DNA of 64,000 nt from a virus. Lineage: Duplodnaviria > Caudoviricetes. Every line of letters begins with the position of its first letter. Within the stretch, counting starts at the first letter, position 1. This document shows, piece by piece, positions 46,121-55,304 of the stretch. Below the pieces are notes generated by a model. It worked only from the letters and a program-made list of their open reading frames with translations, made no database searches and was not told where the DNA came from. The translations under genes were made by a program, and so were the position numbers. The DNA lies in IMG/VR virus record IMGVR_UViG_3300036987_000310, positions 160,001 to 224,000 of that record. One strand, given 5' to 3'.

Positions 46121-46399
46121 TCAGGACTCGTGCACGTCCCACAAGCTCAGCTGGTTTTCAATTGCCCGGATGGCTTTGTTTAATCGAACGAGTTCTAGCC
46201 GGGTTTTTTCTTGACTGTTTTTTTGCCAAGAGCCGATTTGCAAGCAAAGGGAAAGTTCTAGACGCTTGCTGTTTTGCCGAAGTCTTGGGAGAAAGCGTCG
46301 CCGCTCTGCAGCGTCCATCCGGTCTTGGACTGGGGTGCCAACAACCTTTTTCCAGTTGTTGGTAAGCCATTGTAAGGCGGCGACATCCATTCCCGGCAT
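46121..46399 (-). CDS. hypothetical protein, tag family
   Basis: Ends ENQLSLWDVHES*. Confidence 0.65.
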   Translation of the reverse strand: MPGMDVAALQWLTNNWKKVVGTPVQDRMDAAERRRFLPRLRQNSKRLELSLCLQIGSWQKNSQEKTRLELVRLNKAIRAIENQLSLWDVHES

Positions 46400-46402
46400 T
46401 GC

Positions 46403-46666
46403 TCAGCGACGGGTTTTCTTTGCCGGAGCGCGCTTGGCCTTCTTTGCCGGAGCCTTCTTGGGCGGGCGTAAGTTCACGGTTCGGGCGGCTTTCGGCCCAA
46501 CTTCGATGCGCAGCGCGGTTTCCAGCTGTTCCAGCATCTTGCGAGCCGCGGTCTTTTGCCGGCTCCACTCTTCGGGGGTTCGGCGGGACAGGACGAAGGC
46601 GAGAAAGTCCCTGGCCTTCGCGGCTTGAGTGGCGTCCATTTGAAACGTAACTTTTTTCGAAGCCAT
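46403..46666 (-). CDS. basic hypothetical protein with Lys/Ala-rich tail
   Basis: PPKKAPAKKAKRAPAKKTRR. Confidence 0.65.
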   Translation of the reverse strand: MASKKVTFQMDATQAAKARDFLAFVLSRRTPEEWSRQKTAARKMLEQLETALRIEVGPKAARTVNLRPPKKAPAKKAKRAPAKKTRR

Positions 46667-46757
46667 GATCGCTCTCCGTTTGCGTTTGGCGCTTTGGCGC
46701 CGGATGGTGCTGGGACGTGGCGAGCCGCAGACGGCCTCCGCCCCAGTCGGTTATAGA

Positions 46758-46940
46758 CTACGTTACCAGTCCGGACAGCAAATTGCCTGTTCCCAAACGA
46801 CGCCCATGAGCGTCAAGGGTTGTGTTCGTCTTGGAGTCATATGTTCCCAAGAGCCTTCCCTGGGCGTCGTATGCCTTTTGACGAGACCCTTGGTCTTTGA
46901 TTTCCCCAATTCTTTTGCCCGATGAGTCTTTGAGGACCAT
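46758..46940 (-). CDS. hypothetical beta-hairpin repeat protein
   Basis: LKDSSGKRIG / YDAQGRLLG / LDAHGRRLG. Confidence 0.65.
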   Translation of the reverse strand: MVLKDSSGKRIGEIKDQGSRQKAYDAQGRLLGTYDSKTNTTLDAHGRRLGTGNLLSGLVT

Positions 46941-46949
46941 TTTTGCGAG

Positions 46950-47165
46950 CTCCTTTAAACCGGGATACTCGCTTTTGGCAAAAATTTTCGTAGGGGATTT
47001 TCGCGGGGAACGATGGCCTTTGAAGTTTGTTCAAAGGCAAGGCGGCTTTTGAAGGCTCGTTTAAACGGGGAGGGAGGTTACCCCCTTTGAATGGCAACGC
47101 AAAGTCGTCGGGGGGGGGGCGGATCTGACTCTGCGTTGCCCTTCAAAGGGGGCGTTTAAACCGGT
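46950..47165. other. hairpin-rich non-coding element with G10 loop and TTTAAAC repeats
   Basis: GCCTTTGAA/TTCAAAGGC (47016-47038); interrupted stem 47081-47152 around G10; TTTAAAC at 46954, 47060, 47155. Confidence 0.65.
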
Positions 47166-47616
47166 GCAATTAAAGCCTAATAACTTTGAAATTTGCTTTC
47201 AATAGTGATTTTTGACACGAGTCTACCCGGCGATTTTCTCCAAACCTCATTTTCTTGAAATTCTCTCTGTTGGAACGGTCGGACGTTTTTCACTGCTCGC
47301 TCGTATCTCTGGGCTTCTCGCTTGAGATAGCCACCCTTGCGGGCTTCGTGACAGCAGTGCGAGATTGTGGCAAAAATTGCCTCAGTGTGCTGGACCTGGA
47401 CCGGTTGGAGAATTTCAAGGAGCAAAGGCCTGGAGGCCGGGTCTTATTCAAACATTTGACTGTTCGAACTCGGGTGCGATCGCACCAACTCAGGTCGCTT
47501 CAGCTCGGCTATTCCGACTTATCCTAGGCAATCGGTACGGCTCCGCTTCCACGACATTAAATGTCGGCCATAAAAAGTTTGTTGTGGGGTGGGGTTTCTG
47601 GTGGGGGGAGATTTCG

Positions 47617-48345
47617 CTAGAACTTGAGAGCGGGTTCGACGCGCTTGACGCATTGCGCAAGAAGAGCGCGGGTTGCGTCATCCACTTCGCGAATGGCCTT
47701 CTCGTAGGTCTTGGTTGCCGACACCTTCACATCGGTGTCGAACAGCGTGAGCATTGCGTTTTCGAGGTCGTCGCCCTGCATTCCGAGCTCGCCCAGCAGG
47801 CCTCGAACCAGCTCTTCGGCGTTCGCCTTGAGTCGCTTGGACTCCTCGACCACGAACAGCTTCGCGAAATCCGTGGTGGCCACTGCTCCCGAGTCCCTGA
47901 GCGACAGCACCGTGTCCTTTTGGCACGTGTAGCGGTTGGTGCACACCACCGAAACGTACTTGGTTTCGCGTCCAGGGGTGTCGGAGTCTTCGCAGGCAGG
48001 CACTTCGACCGAGTAGGGCACGCTCATGGTGGTCACGTCGGCCTTGAAGGTGTCGTTGTACAGGTCCCTCTTTTCGACTCCATACTGGCGCATGTCGGTT
48101 TGCACCATGGCGAACCGGGCCTCCGCCTCTTCGAGCGCAGCCTTCAGCTCGGCGACTTCCTGAGCCTTGTCGGACATTGCCGGATCGAACCCGAGGCGCA
48201 CCACGTTCTTGTCGCGGCGGGCCCCTGCGAGGGCTGGGTCCTGAAGCTGGGTGGTCAGCGCGCTCGCGGGACCTCCCTCAGCGTTCTTCTTGCTGGCGAG
48301 CTTCTTGAGGGTGTCCAAGGCGCTGATTTTCGGGGGATTTGCCAT
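47617..48345 (-). CDS. hypothetical protein (242 aa)
   Basis: AGGAG RBS; start MANPPKIS; coiled-coil segment. Confidence 0.75.
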   Translation of the reverse strand: MANPPKISALDTLKKLASKKNAEGGPASALTTQLQDPALAGARRDKNVVRLGFDPAMSDKAQEVAELKAALEEAEARFAMVQTDMRQYGVEKRDLYNDTFKADVTTMSVPYSVEVPACEDSDTPGRETKYVSVVCTNRYTCQKDTVLSLRDSGAVATTDFAKLFVVEESKRLKANAEELVRGLLGELGMQGDDLENAMLTLFDTDVKVSATKTYEKAIREVDDATRALLAQCVKRVEPALKF

Positions 48346-48374
48346 CTCGTCATCTCCTGGGTTGTGGTGGCCGT

Positions 48375-48394
48375 CTCGCGATCCGGTACTCGCG
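48375..48394 (-). promoter_or_regulatory. GTA-core upstream motif copy
   Basis: CGCGAGTACCGGATCGCGAG. Confidence 0.5.
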
Positions 48395-48419
48395 ACCCTG
48401 CGCGATCTGCGTTCTCCTT

Positions 48420-48881
48420 TCACGCCGACATGACTTTTTGAACTAAGAGATTTTCCTTCGCTTGCTCAGTTTGCTCCTTTGTTGCAAACTTATGGACAAT
48501 TTTCTTTAAATTGAACTTTTTCGTTCTGAGAACCGTCAGATCTGCTCCGTGTTCTAGGAGCAGTTTGCACACTTCAAAGTGCCCTGCTCGTGCAACACAC
48601 CGGAGCGCCCAATCATCATCTGCATGAACGTTCGCTCCGTGTTCTAGAAGCAGTTTGCACACTTCCAAGTGCTTACCCTTTGCAGCATATTGAAGTGCCC
48701 AGTCATCATTTGCATGAACGTTCGCCCCGTTTTCTAGAAACAATCTGCACACTTCTAAGTGCCCCCATGCTGCAGCATACTGGAGCGCCAAATCGTTTTT
48801 CGCGTGAACATCTGCTCCGTGTTCCAAGAGCAGTTTGCACGTCTCTAGATACCCAAGTTTTGCAGCTTTGGTCAGATCCAT
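48420..48881 (-). CDS. ankyrin-repeat protein (30-aa repeats, about 4) with constant tag-bearing tail
   Basis: GADVHAxxDxAL..AA..GHLEVCKLLLE; ends EQAKENLLVQKVMSA*. Confidence 0.9.
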   Translation of the reverse strand: MDLTKAAKLGYLETCKLLLEHGADVHAKNDLALQYAAAWGHLEVCRLFLENGANVHANDDWALQYAAKGKHLEVCKLLLEHGANVHADDDWALRCVARAGHFEVCKLLLEHGADLTVLRTKKFNLKKIVHKFATKEQTEQAKENLLVQKVMSA

Positions 48882-48890
48882 CCAGTCACC

Positions 48891-49262
48891 TCATGCGCTC
48901 ATGACTTTTTGAATGGAAAGAGTTTTTCTTGCTTGCTCAATTTGTTCTTTCGTTGCAAATTCTTTGACAGTTTTCATTAAATTGAACTTTTTCGTTCTGA
49001 AAACTGTCAAATCTGCTCCGTATTCTAGGAGCAGTTTGCACACTTCCGTGTGTCTTTCTGACGTAGCACACCGGAGCGCATAATTGTTGTCTGCATGAAC
49101 GTTCGCTCCATTTTCCAAGAGCAATTTGCACACTTCCAAGTGCCCATTCCGTGCAGCATGCTGAAGCGCCCAGTCTTTATTTGCGTGAACGTTTGCCCCG
49201 TTTTCTAGGAGCAATTTGCACACTTCCAAGTGCCTATGTGCTGCAGCTTTGATCAGATCCAT
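48891..49262 (-). CDS. ankyrin-repeat protein (about 3 repeats) with constant tail
   Basis: Same repeat; ends IQKVMSA*. Confidence 0.9.
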   Translation of the reverse strand: MDLIKAAAHRHLEVCKLLLENGANVHANKDWALQHAARNGHLEVCKLLLENGANVHADNNYALRCATSERHTEVCKLLLEYGADLTVFRTKKFNLMKTVKEFATKEQIEQARKTLSIQKVMSA

Positions 49263-49271
49263 CCAGTCACC

Positions 49272-49913
49272 TCAAGTGTTCATGACTTTTTGAACGGAAA
49301 GTTCACTTTTTGCTTGCTCAGTTTGCTCTTTCGTTGCAAATTTATTAACGACCTTTTTCAAATTGAACTTTTTCGTTCTGAAAATTGTCAGATTTGCTCC
49401 GTTTTCCAAAAGCAGTTTGCACACTTCAAAGTGTCCGTTTGACGCAGCGTATCGGAGCACATAATCGTTATCTACATGAATGTCTGCTCCGTTTTCCAGA
49501 AGCAGTTTGCACACTTCCAGATGCCCATTCCGTGCAGCATACTGGAGTGCATAATTGTTATCTACATGAATGTCTGCTCCATGTTCTAGGAGCAATTTGC
49601 ACACTTCTGGGTGCCCGTTTGACGCAGCGCGTCGGAGCGACCAGTCATTACCTACATGAACGTTCGCCCCATGTTCTAGGAACAATTTGCACACTTCCAA
49701 GTGCCCATTTAACGCAGCAATTTGAAGCGCCCAGTCATCATCTGCATGAATGTCTGCTCCGTGTTCCAAGAGCAATTTGCACACTTCCAGATGCCCATTC
49801 CGTGCAGCTTGTTGGAGCGCCCAGTCACTGTGTGCGTGAATGTCTGCTCCGTTCTCTAGGAACAGTTTGCACACTTCCAAGTGCCCATTCTGTGCGGCTT
49901 CGATCAGACCCAT
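49272..49913 (-). CDS. ankyrin-repeat protein (about 6 repeats) with constant tail
   Basis: Same repeat; ends VQKVMNT*. Confidence 0.9.
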   Translation of the reverse strand: MGLIEAAQNGHLEVCKLFLENGADIHAHSDWALQQAARNGHLEVCKLLLEHGADIHADDDWALQIAALNGHLEVCKLFLEHGANVHVGNDWSLRRAASNGHPEVCKLLLEHGADIHVDNNYALQYAARNGHLEVCKLLLENGADIHVDNDYVLRYAASNGHFEVCKLLLENGANLTIFRTKKFNLKKVVNKFATKEQTEQAKSELSVQKVMNT

Positions 49914-49915
49914 CC

Positions 49916-49947
49916 AGTCACCTCCGCGATCGAATACTCGCGATCGG
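49916..49947 (-). promoter_or_regulatory. GTA-core promoter-like motif + GGAGGTGAC RBS
   Basis: CGATCGCGAGTATTCGATCGCGGAGGTGAC. Confidence 0.65.
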
Positions 49948-49983
49948 CGCTGGCTTGCGTTTTATTGTGAACGGAATGATGAA

Positions 49984-50346
49984 CTACGCGCGGTTGCCGA
50001 AGTTCTCGCGCGCGTCGTCGACGTGGTCGTCGTTGGTGTTGGCGCCGTTGGTGTTGGCGCCATAGTCTCGCGTCCCCGCTCCGGGCCGTTGGCGCCGTTG
50101 CCTCATGTTGTCCGCGGGCCTTGGGGCGCCTACTGACCTGGCCGGTCGCATGTGCACGTACACGGGCGAGCCTTCTGTGTCCTCGTCCGGAATCGGACAA
50201 GAGCAATGCAGTTCCATCATTCCGAGCGGGATGGTGAAGTCAAGCATTTCGACGCCGCTTTGAGCGACTCTCAGCTTTGCTTGAAGCACCACTTGATTGA
50301 CGTTGGCGTACTTGTTTGGCGGGCCGCTTTTCTCAAAATTGTTCAT
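49984..50346 (-). CDS. hypothetical protein
   Basis: GAGG RBS; disordered C-terminus with GANTN x2. Confidence 0.6.
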   Translation of the reverse strand: MNNFEKSGPPNKYANVNQVVLQAKLRVAQSGVEMLDFTIPLGMMELHCSCPIPDEDTEGSPVYVHMRPARSVGAPRPADNMRQRRQRPGAGTRDYGANTNGANTNDDHVDDARENFGNRA

Positions 50347-50370
50347 TGAATCCTCTAACGAATTGTTGCT

Positions 50371-50754
50371 TTATTCCAACTGAATTTTTCCGACGTATCC
50401 TTCTTTATCGAGAGCCTCCGGAGTTGGTCGGCCGAGTTGTAGGCCGATGATTTCTGTCAGCACCATCGCATCATCGTCGCTTGTCAGGCGCAATTTTTCT
50501 CTGACGTATGAAGGGCTCAGAAATCCGTTTTTCGCGGTGAAAATTGCCGAGCCGCTGAGGACCCCATCGCCCAACAGAGACACCACCCATGAATTTTCTT
50601 GGCACCCAAGAAGTTTGCAAGCGGAGGCGGGGACCCTGGCGAATGACATGACGTACCTCGTTCCATTCCCTGGCTGGTACTCCATTATTTTACAATACGG
50701 AGCCGGATCGTCGACAATCCATTTTATGGCTTCTTGTATTTCTTTGGTTCTCAT
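50371..50754 (-). CDS. hypothetical protein
   Basis: GAGGTGAC RBS; YQPGNGTRY motif. Confidence 0.7.
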   Translation of the reverse strand: MRTKEIQEAIKWIVDDPAPYCKIMEYQPGNGTRYVMSFARVPASACKLLGCQENSWVVSLLGDGVLSGSAIFTAKNGFLSPSYVREKLRLTSDDDAMVLTEIIGLQLGRPTPEALDKEGYVGKIQLE

Positions 50755-50766
50755 TTCGTCACCTCT

Positions 50767-50997
50767 TTAAAAGTCGTGAATTTCCAAAGCCATCGACTGA
50801 AACGTCAGCCAGGCGTCGCGGTCCACCTCGTGCGGGTGCGGCGCGTTCCAACATTTGTCGCACCACGTCAGCAAGTACAGGGCGCCGGGCTCGATTTCCG
50901 CCGTCCAGTGCGTCGCTTTCCCACGGCAGGTGTCGCACTCGTCCGACCTGATTGCAATCATCGCCTTGACCTCGCCATTGTCAGTTCTGACAATCAT
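50767..50997 (-). CDS. treble-clef-like Zn-finger protein, tag family
   Basis: CDTC..KATHW...WCDKC...EVDRDAWLTFQSMALEIHDF*. Confidence 0.7.
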   Translation of the reverse strand: MIVRTDNGEVKAMIAIRSDECDTCRGKATHWTAEIEPGALYLLTWCDKCWNAPHPHEVDRDAWLTFQSMALEIHDF

Positions 50998-51284
50998 GTT
51001 TCGTGCACTTCTTTGAGCAAGACGTCTGGATGCGCAACTTCAGCCCAATACAATTTCGTGAGCTCGTCGAGATCCTTCCGACACTTGAACTCGCTGCTGT
51101 GAATCAATGAAATTAGCGTCACAATTCCGCCGCGAGTCTGCCCGGCAATTTTGACACAAGCCTCCCTGGTGTGCCAGTATTGATCCCAGCTATGTTTGAC
51201 TAGCCCGGCTTTCAAAATGCAAGCGGCCAGAGCGGGCAAGTTTCTCCGTGCTTCTTCAATCAGGGCATCATCGGCGTCGTTCAT
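50994..51284 (-). CDS. hypothetical protein, tag family
   Basis: Ends HPDVLLKEVHET*. Confidence 0.7.
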   Translation of the reverse strand: MNDADDALIEEARRNLPALAACILKAGLVKHSWDQYWHTREACVKIAGQTRGGIVTLISLIHSSEFKCRKDLDELTKLYWAEVAHPDVLLKEVHET

Positions 51285-51613
51285 TTCTTTCCCTTCTTGG
51301 CCAGTTCTCTCATGTGGGCTCGTGCTGCCTTGACGCAGGCTCCCCACACCTTCAGAGCGTCGTCCTCGTTGTCGGCGTACACGTAGTGTCGGAATTCTTC
51401 CGTGTCCCCGTATCCCGAAAACACTGACTTGTCAGACGGGCAACGCATCGCCATGCCAAACCCGAATTCGACGGCGGAATTCGTATCGTTATCGCCGAAA
51501 GTCGTCATTCCGGCATATCCCGGATGTTGGTCGAGGTATTCCCACTCGTTGCTTCCTAGTTTCTCAACGGCCGCGTCAAGCTTTTTCGAATAGTTGATTT
51601 CGCCCCGTTTCAT
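51281..51613 (-). CDS. hypothetical protein
   Basis: ATGA-coupled at both ends. Confidence 0.65.
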   Translation of the reverse strand: MKRGEINYSKKLDAAVEKLGSNEWEYLDQHPGYAGMTTFGDNDTNSAVEFGFGMAMRCPSDKSVFSGYGDTEEFRHYVYADNEDDALKVWGACVKAARAHMRELAKKGKK

Positions 51614-52038
51614 TTCTCGTGAACTCCTTCCACGATCGACTCGCGGATTAGCTGGAATAGCTGGTTTTTCGTAAGTCCTCTGTCCATTAGGTCCGCGGCA
51701 GCCTTCTTGAAAGCTTCTTCCTTCTTTGTGCGCACTCGGCGCAGCAGCGCGCTCCGGCTTTTCTCGGCGCCGCTTTGAATCCTTTTGACAGCTGCTTCGA
51801 GCTCGCGAAGCTGTTGCGGGTCCTGCCGGGCTTTCTCCGCTGTCGAGAGAATCGTGAGAACGAGCTTATTGCTGTCAACGTGACTGGGCGCTGCGTGCTG
51901 CAGCTTGCCCAAAACATCTTCAGCTTTGTCCTCTGGGTAGAGCAGGAGCTTCACTGTGCATTCAGGTTCCAAAACAATTGTCACGCTCACCCTGCTCGAT
52001 CCATCCAGCCAAAGCTTTCCGCTAATCTTGTGCGACAT
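51610..52038 (-). CDS. hypothetical protein, tag family
   Basis: Ends LIRESIVEGVHEK*. Confidence 0.7.
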   Translation of the reverse strand: MSHKISGKLWLDGSSRVSVTIVLEPECTVKLLLYPEDKAEDVLGKLQHAAPSHVDSNKLVLTILSTAEKARQDPQQLRELEAAVKRIQSGAEKSRSALLRRVRTKKEEAFKKAAADLMDRGLTKNQLFQLIRESIVEGVHEK

Positions 52039-52603
52039 TGCCGGGACTCCTTCTTCCCCTGTCCGATACGCGCACAATCGGCCGAGCTGCGCCGTGATTC
52101 AGGAGTGGCCACCCGCCTTCGAGGTCGTCAATCAGGGATCCGGCTGCCTGCCTGTCGATCATTCTGCTCAGCACGTAGTTTCGATTAAATGGAACGCCAA
52201 AGTACTCGCGCTCGTCCAACCACGTTCCAATTACGCGATCTGGCAGTTGGCGGCGCCGGGCGCAGACCTTTGAGCGCATCGTGACGTCCACCACTTTTCC
52301 ACCGATCTCCAGCCATCCGTGCAGCACCGGCAGCACTGCGTGCACGCAGTATCCCTCCACGTATGTGAATCGAGACTCTGGGTCCATTGTTGCCAAAATT
52401 ATTTGGCTGTTGTAGTAGCATTGCTTGATCGGAAATCTGCCGCGACGCAAAACCCGCATGACATAAGCCGTCTCGTTCTTCGTCAATTCTTGCGACAAAG
52501 TTGGGCGGCCCTCGCGAAGCACGTACCCCTCAAAGGAATCCGGGCGTCCCATCTGGTCGGCCATCCATTTCATTTGCTCGAGATATTGACGCAGCTCATT
52601 CAT
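52022..52603 (-). CDS. conserved hypothetical phage protein
   Basis: KQCYYNS...YVEGY...PVLHGW; start MNELRQY, ATGA-coupled. Confidence 0.7.
   Translation of the reverse strand: MNELRQYLEQMKWMADQMGRPDSFEGYVLREGRPTLSQELTKNETAYVMRVLRRGRFPIKQCYYNSQIILATMDPESRFTYVEGYCVHAVLPVLHGWLEIGGKVVDVTMRSKVCARRRQLPDRVIGTWLDEREYFGVPFNRNYVLSRMIDRQAAGSLIDDLEGGWPLLNHGAARPIVRVSDRGRRSPGNVAQD
52061..52072 (-). promoter_or_regulatory. GTA-core motif copy
   Basis: CGCGTATCGGAC upstream of 51610-52038. Confidence 0.5.
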
Positions 52604-52917
52604 GGCCGAAACCACAGTGACGCGACACCCAAATTTTGGGCATTTTCTGACACGAGCAGCGCGTTTCCGAAAGCCACCATGTGCAGCGAGCACTGGGAAC
52701 ATGTGACACGCTTTCCATGGTCCAGCTTCTCGACATTGGCGTTGCACCGGGGACACCGTGCGCCAACTTCTTCCTTGACGATGCAAGACGGGTCGATTCG
52801 GCTTCGAAGCGTGGCGAGCACAACGTATCGATTGCGCGGAAGCCGTTCGACGCAGGAATCGCTGGTCGCAACAAATTTCCCCGGCATGAACGCTGGGGCA
52901 ATTCTGTAATCGTTCAT
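52600..52917 (-). CDS. zinc-ribbon protein
   Basis: CPRC...CSQC. Confidence 0.65.
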   Translation of the reverse strand: MNDYRIAPAFMPGKFVATSDSCVERLPRNRYVVLATLRSRIDPSCIVKEEVGARCPRCNANVEKLDHGKRVTCSQCSLHMVAFGNALLVSENAQNLGVASLWFRP

Positions 52918-53477
52918 GATAGCGTGACCTCCGCGACCTGAATCAGGTCCTCTAGCTCTTGCTCAGTTTCGGGAACTGTTTTGTGAGTCAGGAGTTGGCA
53001 CACGAGGCCGAACTTGGACGTTTTCGGCAGCTTGTTGACCAGTTCTTGCACGGACATCGTGCGAGTTGTTCTCAAGTCTTCTATATAGAAGCCTGCAGCT
53101 TGCACCAGCTCTCTGATGGACAACCGTTTTTCGTTGTCCAAAATCAAGTCCCTTGACCTAGACCGGCAAATGAACTCGTTAACCAGCTCTTTCGGGATCG
53201 GGCGCGTTTTAGCACATTTGCGCTCGTACGACATTGCCAGTTTGGCAAGGCTCTCAGTAACGCGACCTCCAAACTTCGGATTCATGCGCCTTTCAAGATA
53301 GCGGCGCACAGCTTCGGTCGGATCGCATTGGGGGCAGTTTGCGACGTGATTTTTGACAATTGGATACAGAATGATGTTGTCCACCATGAACTGACTTACC
53401 GGGCCAGTCTTGTCTGTTTTGAAGTGTCCGTTCTTGCCATGCCCGTCGCCTTTGACTGTGATGACGCAGTCGAACAT
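52914..53477 (-). CDS. hypothetical protein (variant tail VAEVTLS)
   Basis: GGAGGTGAC RBS; H..NCPQC; ends TEQELEDLIQVAEVTLS*. Confidence 0.75.
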   Translation of the reverse strand: MFDCVITVKGDGHGKNGHFKTDKTGPVSQFMVDNIILYPIVKNHVANCPQCDPTEAVRRYLERRMNPKFGGRVTESLAKLAMSYERKCAKTRPIPKELVNEFICRSRSRDLILDNEKRLSIRELVQAAGFYIEDLRTTRTMSVQELVNKLPKTSKFGLVCQLLTHKTVPETEQELEDLIQVAEVTLS

Positions 53478-53480
53478 TCA

Positions 53481-53510
53481 GTCACCTCCGCCGCCCGATA
53501 CTCGCGATCG
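53481..53510 (-). promoter_or_regulatory. GTA-core promoter-like motif + RBS
   Basis: CGATCGCGAGTATCGGGCGGCGGAGGTGAC. Confidence 0.65.
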
Positions 53511-53581
53511 CTGCGAGTTTGCAACTTCATTCAGTCGTCATGGACTTGTGCTTGCACGGCGGCAAGACTCGCTTGAAACCT

Positions 53582-54109
53582 TCAAGCCTCCTGCACCGAT
53601 TTGATGAGCTTGACCCGGTCACGATATAGCGAATCGTGTTGCAGTTCGTACCGGATGTCGAGGCACTGGGATAGCTTCGCCCAGAATCGAAGCTTCTGCG
53701 CAGTCTTCCCATTCTTGACCACTTTCCATGTGATGGAATCGTAGTCTTTGTCGTCCTTGAGCGCCGATTTGCTGAAAGCCCTGATGTAGACCCGGTCGCA
53801 TTCGAGCACCAGGCCGGCCGGCAGCGAAACTTGAGCTCGTTTGAGGGATCCGCCATAGCGCTGGCCGGGAGGCGGATCCTCGTACACGCTCCACTGCCTC
53901 GACTCCGGGTCGATCAGTCCGAGAGCCTTAGCAAAGTTGAGGTTTCGCCTCTCGAAATAGAGCGTGAATTCCCAAGGCGCGGCAAGCACGAGCCTGTCGC
54001 CACATGCGGGGATGAACAGCCGCTGCTTGTCAGTCAAGTTGTCGAAGGCCACTGTCAACTTGCTCAGATCAACTGTTGCGGACTTTGCTTCCTTCTTTGC
54101 TTTTGCCAT
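53582..54109 (-). CDS. hypothetical phage protein, tag family
   Basis: Ends RVKLIKSVQEA*. Confidence 0.75.
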   Translation of the reverse strand: MAKAKKEAKSATVDLSKLTVAFDNLTDKQRLFIPACGDRLVLAAPWEFTLYFERRNLNFAKALGLIDPESRQWSVYEDPPPGQRYGGSLKRAQVSLPAGLVLECDRVYIRAFSKSALKDDKDYDSITWKVVKNGKTAQKLRFWAKLSQCLDIRYELQHDSLYRDRVKLIKSVQEA

Positions 54110-54490
54110 TCATGCCTCCATCACGTTTTCCATGATCAATTCGTCCAAGGCTGATTGCAAATCGTCCAAATGCGCGTATGGCTTGCCTTCTCCGAAGGCA
54201 CATGACCCGTCCACGACTCGAAGGTTCTGCCCGAGCTCCAACACCCATACGCGCATTCGGGTCCCCACGTCGTCGTCAATATACTGGGCGCTATCCACCC
54301 ATCTGATGGAAAACTGGTTCTCGCCAACGCGCAGCGGGGTGCCGCTTTTGAACTCGAGGGACCTATCTTGGCGCGACCATCGCCTCAACCGGTTCCAAAG
54401 CCGATTCCACCCTTCCACCACTTCAGGACGGACGCACTCTGGAATCGTGGAAGGCGTGTGATACGGCCGGACGCCAGATCTTTTCCTCAT
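54110..54490 (-). CDS. hypothetical protein, tag family
   Basis: Ends LDELIMENVMEA*. Confidence 0.7.
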   Translation of the reverse strand: MRKRSGVRPYHTPSTIPECVRPEVVEGWNRLWNRLRRWSRQDRSLEFKSGTPLRVGENQFSIRWVDSAQYIDDDVGTRMRVWVLELGQNLRVVDGSCAFGEGKPYAHLDDLQSALDELIMENVMEA

Positions 54491-54861
54491 GTTTCATGAA
54501 CCTCTCTCACCGAGTTCAGCTCGTCTGCAATCTTGCAAGCTTCAGAATAGCTGTCGGCCTCGTTGACGACAGCGTCGTCGCATTTGACTGTTGTGGACAG
54601 GGCTCGGTACCAACCCGAGGCGTCTTGCAACACAAGCCAGGGCTTGGACGCACGGCGCGGATCCTCGTGTTTGCCATACTGCTTTTTGGTGATGATCAAG
54701 AGTTTTGCCGACCTCACGATTGCCGTCGGCCCAAAACCGTCAAATTTGACGCGACAAATTAAGGATGTCGTGCCTGTGGTTTTGCCCCATCTGTCTTTTG
54801 AGCAAGTGACTGATGCAGACGGGTCTTCTTTCACCAAAAAGACGTATCTCACTCGCATCAC
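54487..54861 (-). CDS. hypothetical protein, tag family
   Basis: Ends IADELNSVREVHET*; C-terminal half resembles 60593-60775. Confidence 0.7.
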   Translation of the reverse strand: MMRVRYVFLVKEDPSASVTCSKDRWGKTTGTTSLICRVKFDGFGPTAIVRSAKLLIITKKQYGKHEDPRRASKPWLVLQDASGWYRALSTTVKCDDAVVNEADSYSEACKIADELNSVREVHET

Positions 54862-54930
54862 CTCCTCAGTCCAGATGCATGCTCCTATCAGTTGCCCGTT
54901 CGAGTGTCACTTTCACGATTCGAATGATCA

Positions 54931-55227
54931 TCATGCTCCTCGGTTCACTGGCTTCGGCCCAAGCATTGGGCACTCGCCCGGAACATCTTCAGGAATTGGG
55001 GGCGCACGCTGGACGTTGACATGCAGTTCTACCCCATCGCCTTCGTCTTCCATCGTCGTCATGATGCCGTACGTGGAAACCACGTACTCGTTTCCGTTGG
55101 AAAGCATGGTGACTACAATCGAAGCGGAGTGACTGACGCCTTCGGCTTCCTGCTTGTCCATGAATTCCTGAAACCTTCGCGCGAACTTCCACGCTGTGGC
55201 ATCGGCATCGGATCGTGTTTTCCTCAT
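54931..55227 (-). CDS. hypothetical protein
   Basis: GGGAG RBS; start MRKTRSDA. Confidence 0.6.
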   Translation of the reverse strand: MRKTRSDADATAWKFARRFQEFMDKQEAEGVSHSASIVVTMLSNGNEYVVSTYGIMTTMEDEGDGVELHVNVQRAPPIPEDVPGECPMLGPKPVNRGA

Positions 55228-55261
55228 TCGTAGCTCCCTTCGCACGCGTGTTGGGTCCAGA

Positions 55262-55278
55262 CCGCGATCGGATACCCA
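55262..55278 (-). promoter_or_regulatory. GTA-core motif copy
   Basis: GGGTATCCGATCGCGG. Confidence 0.45.
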
Positions 55279-55304
55279 CGCGAGTCGCGCAATTCCGCCG
55301 GCCT

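Noticed and set aside
47365-48441. 358-aa plus-strand ORF
   Set aside because: Antisense shadow of the RBS-led 47617-48345 gene; no motif or RBS.
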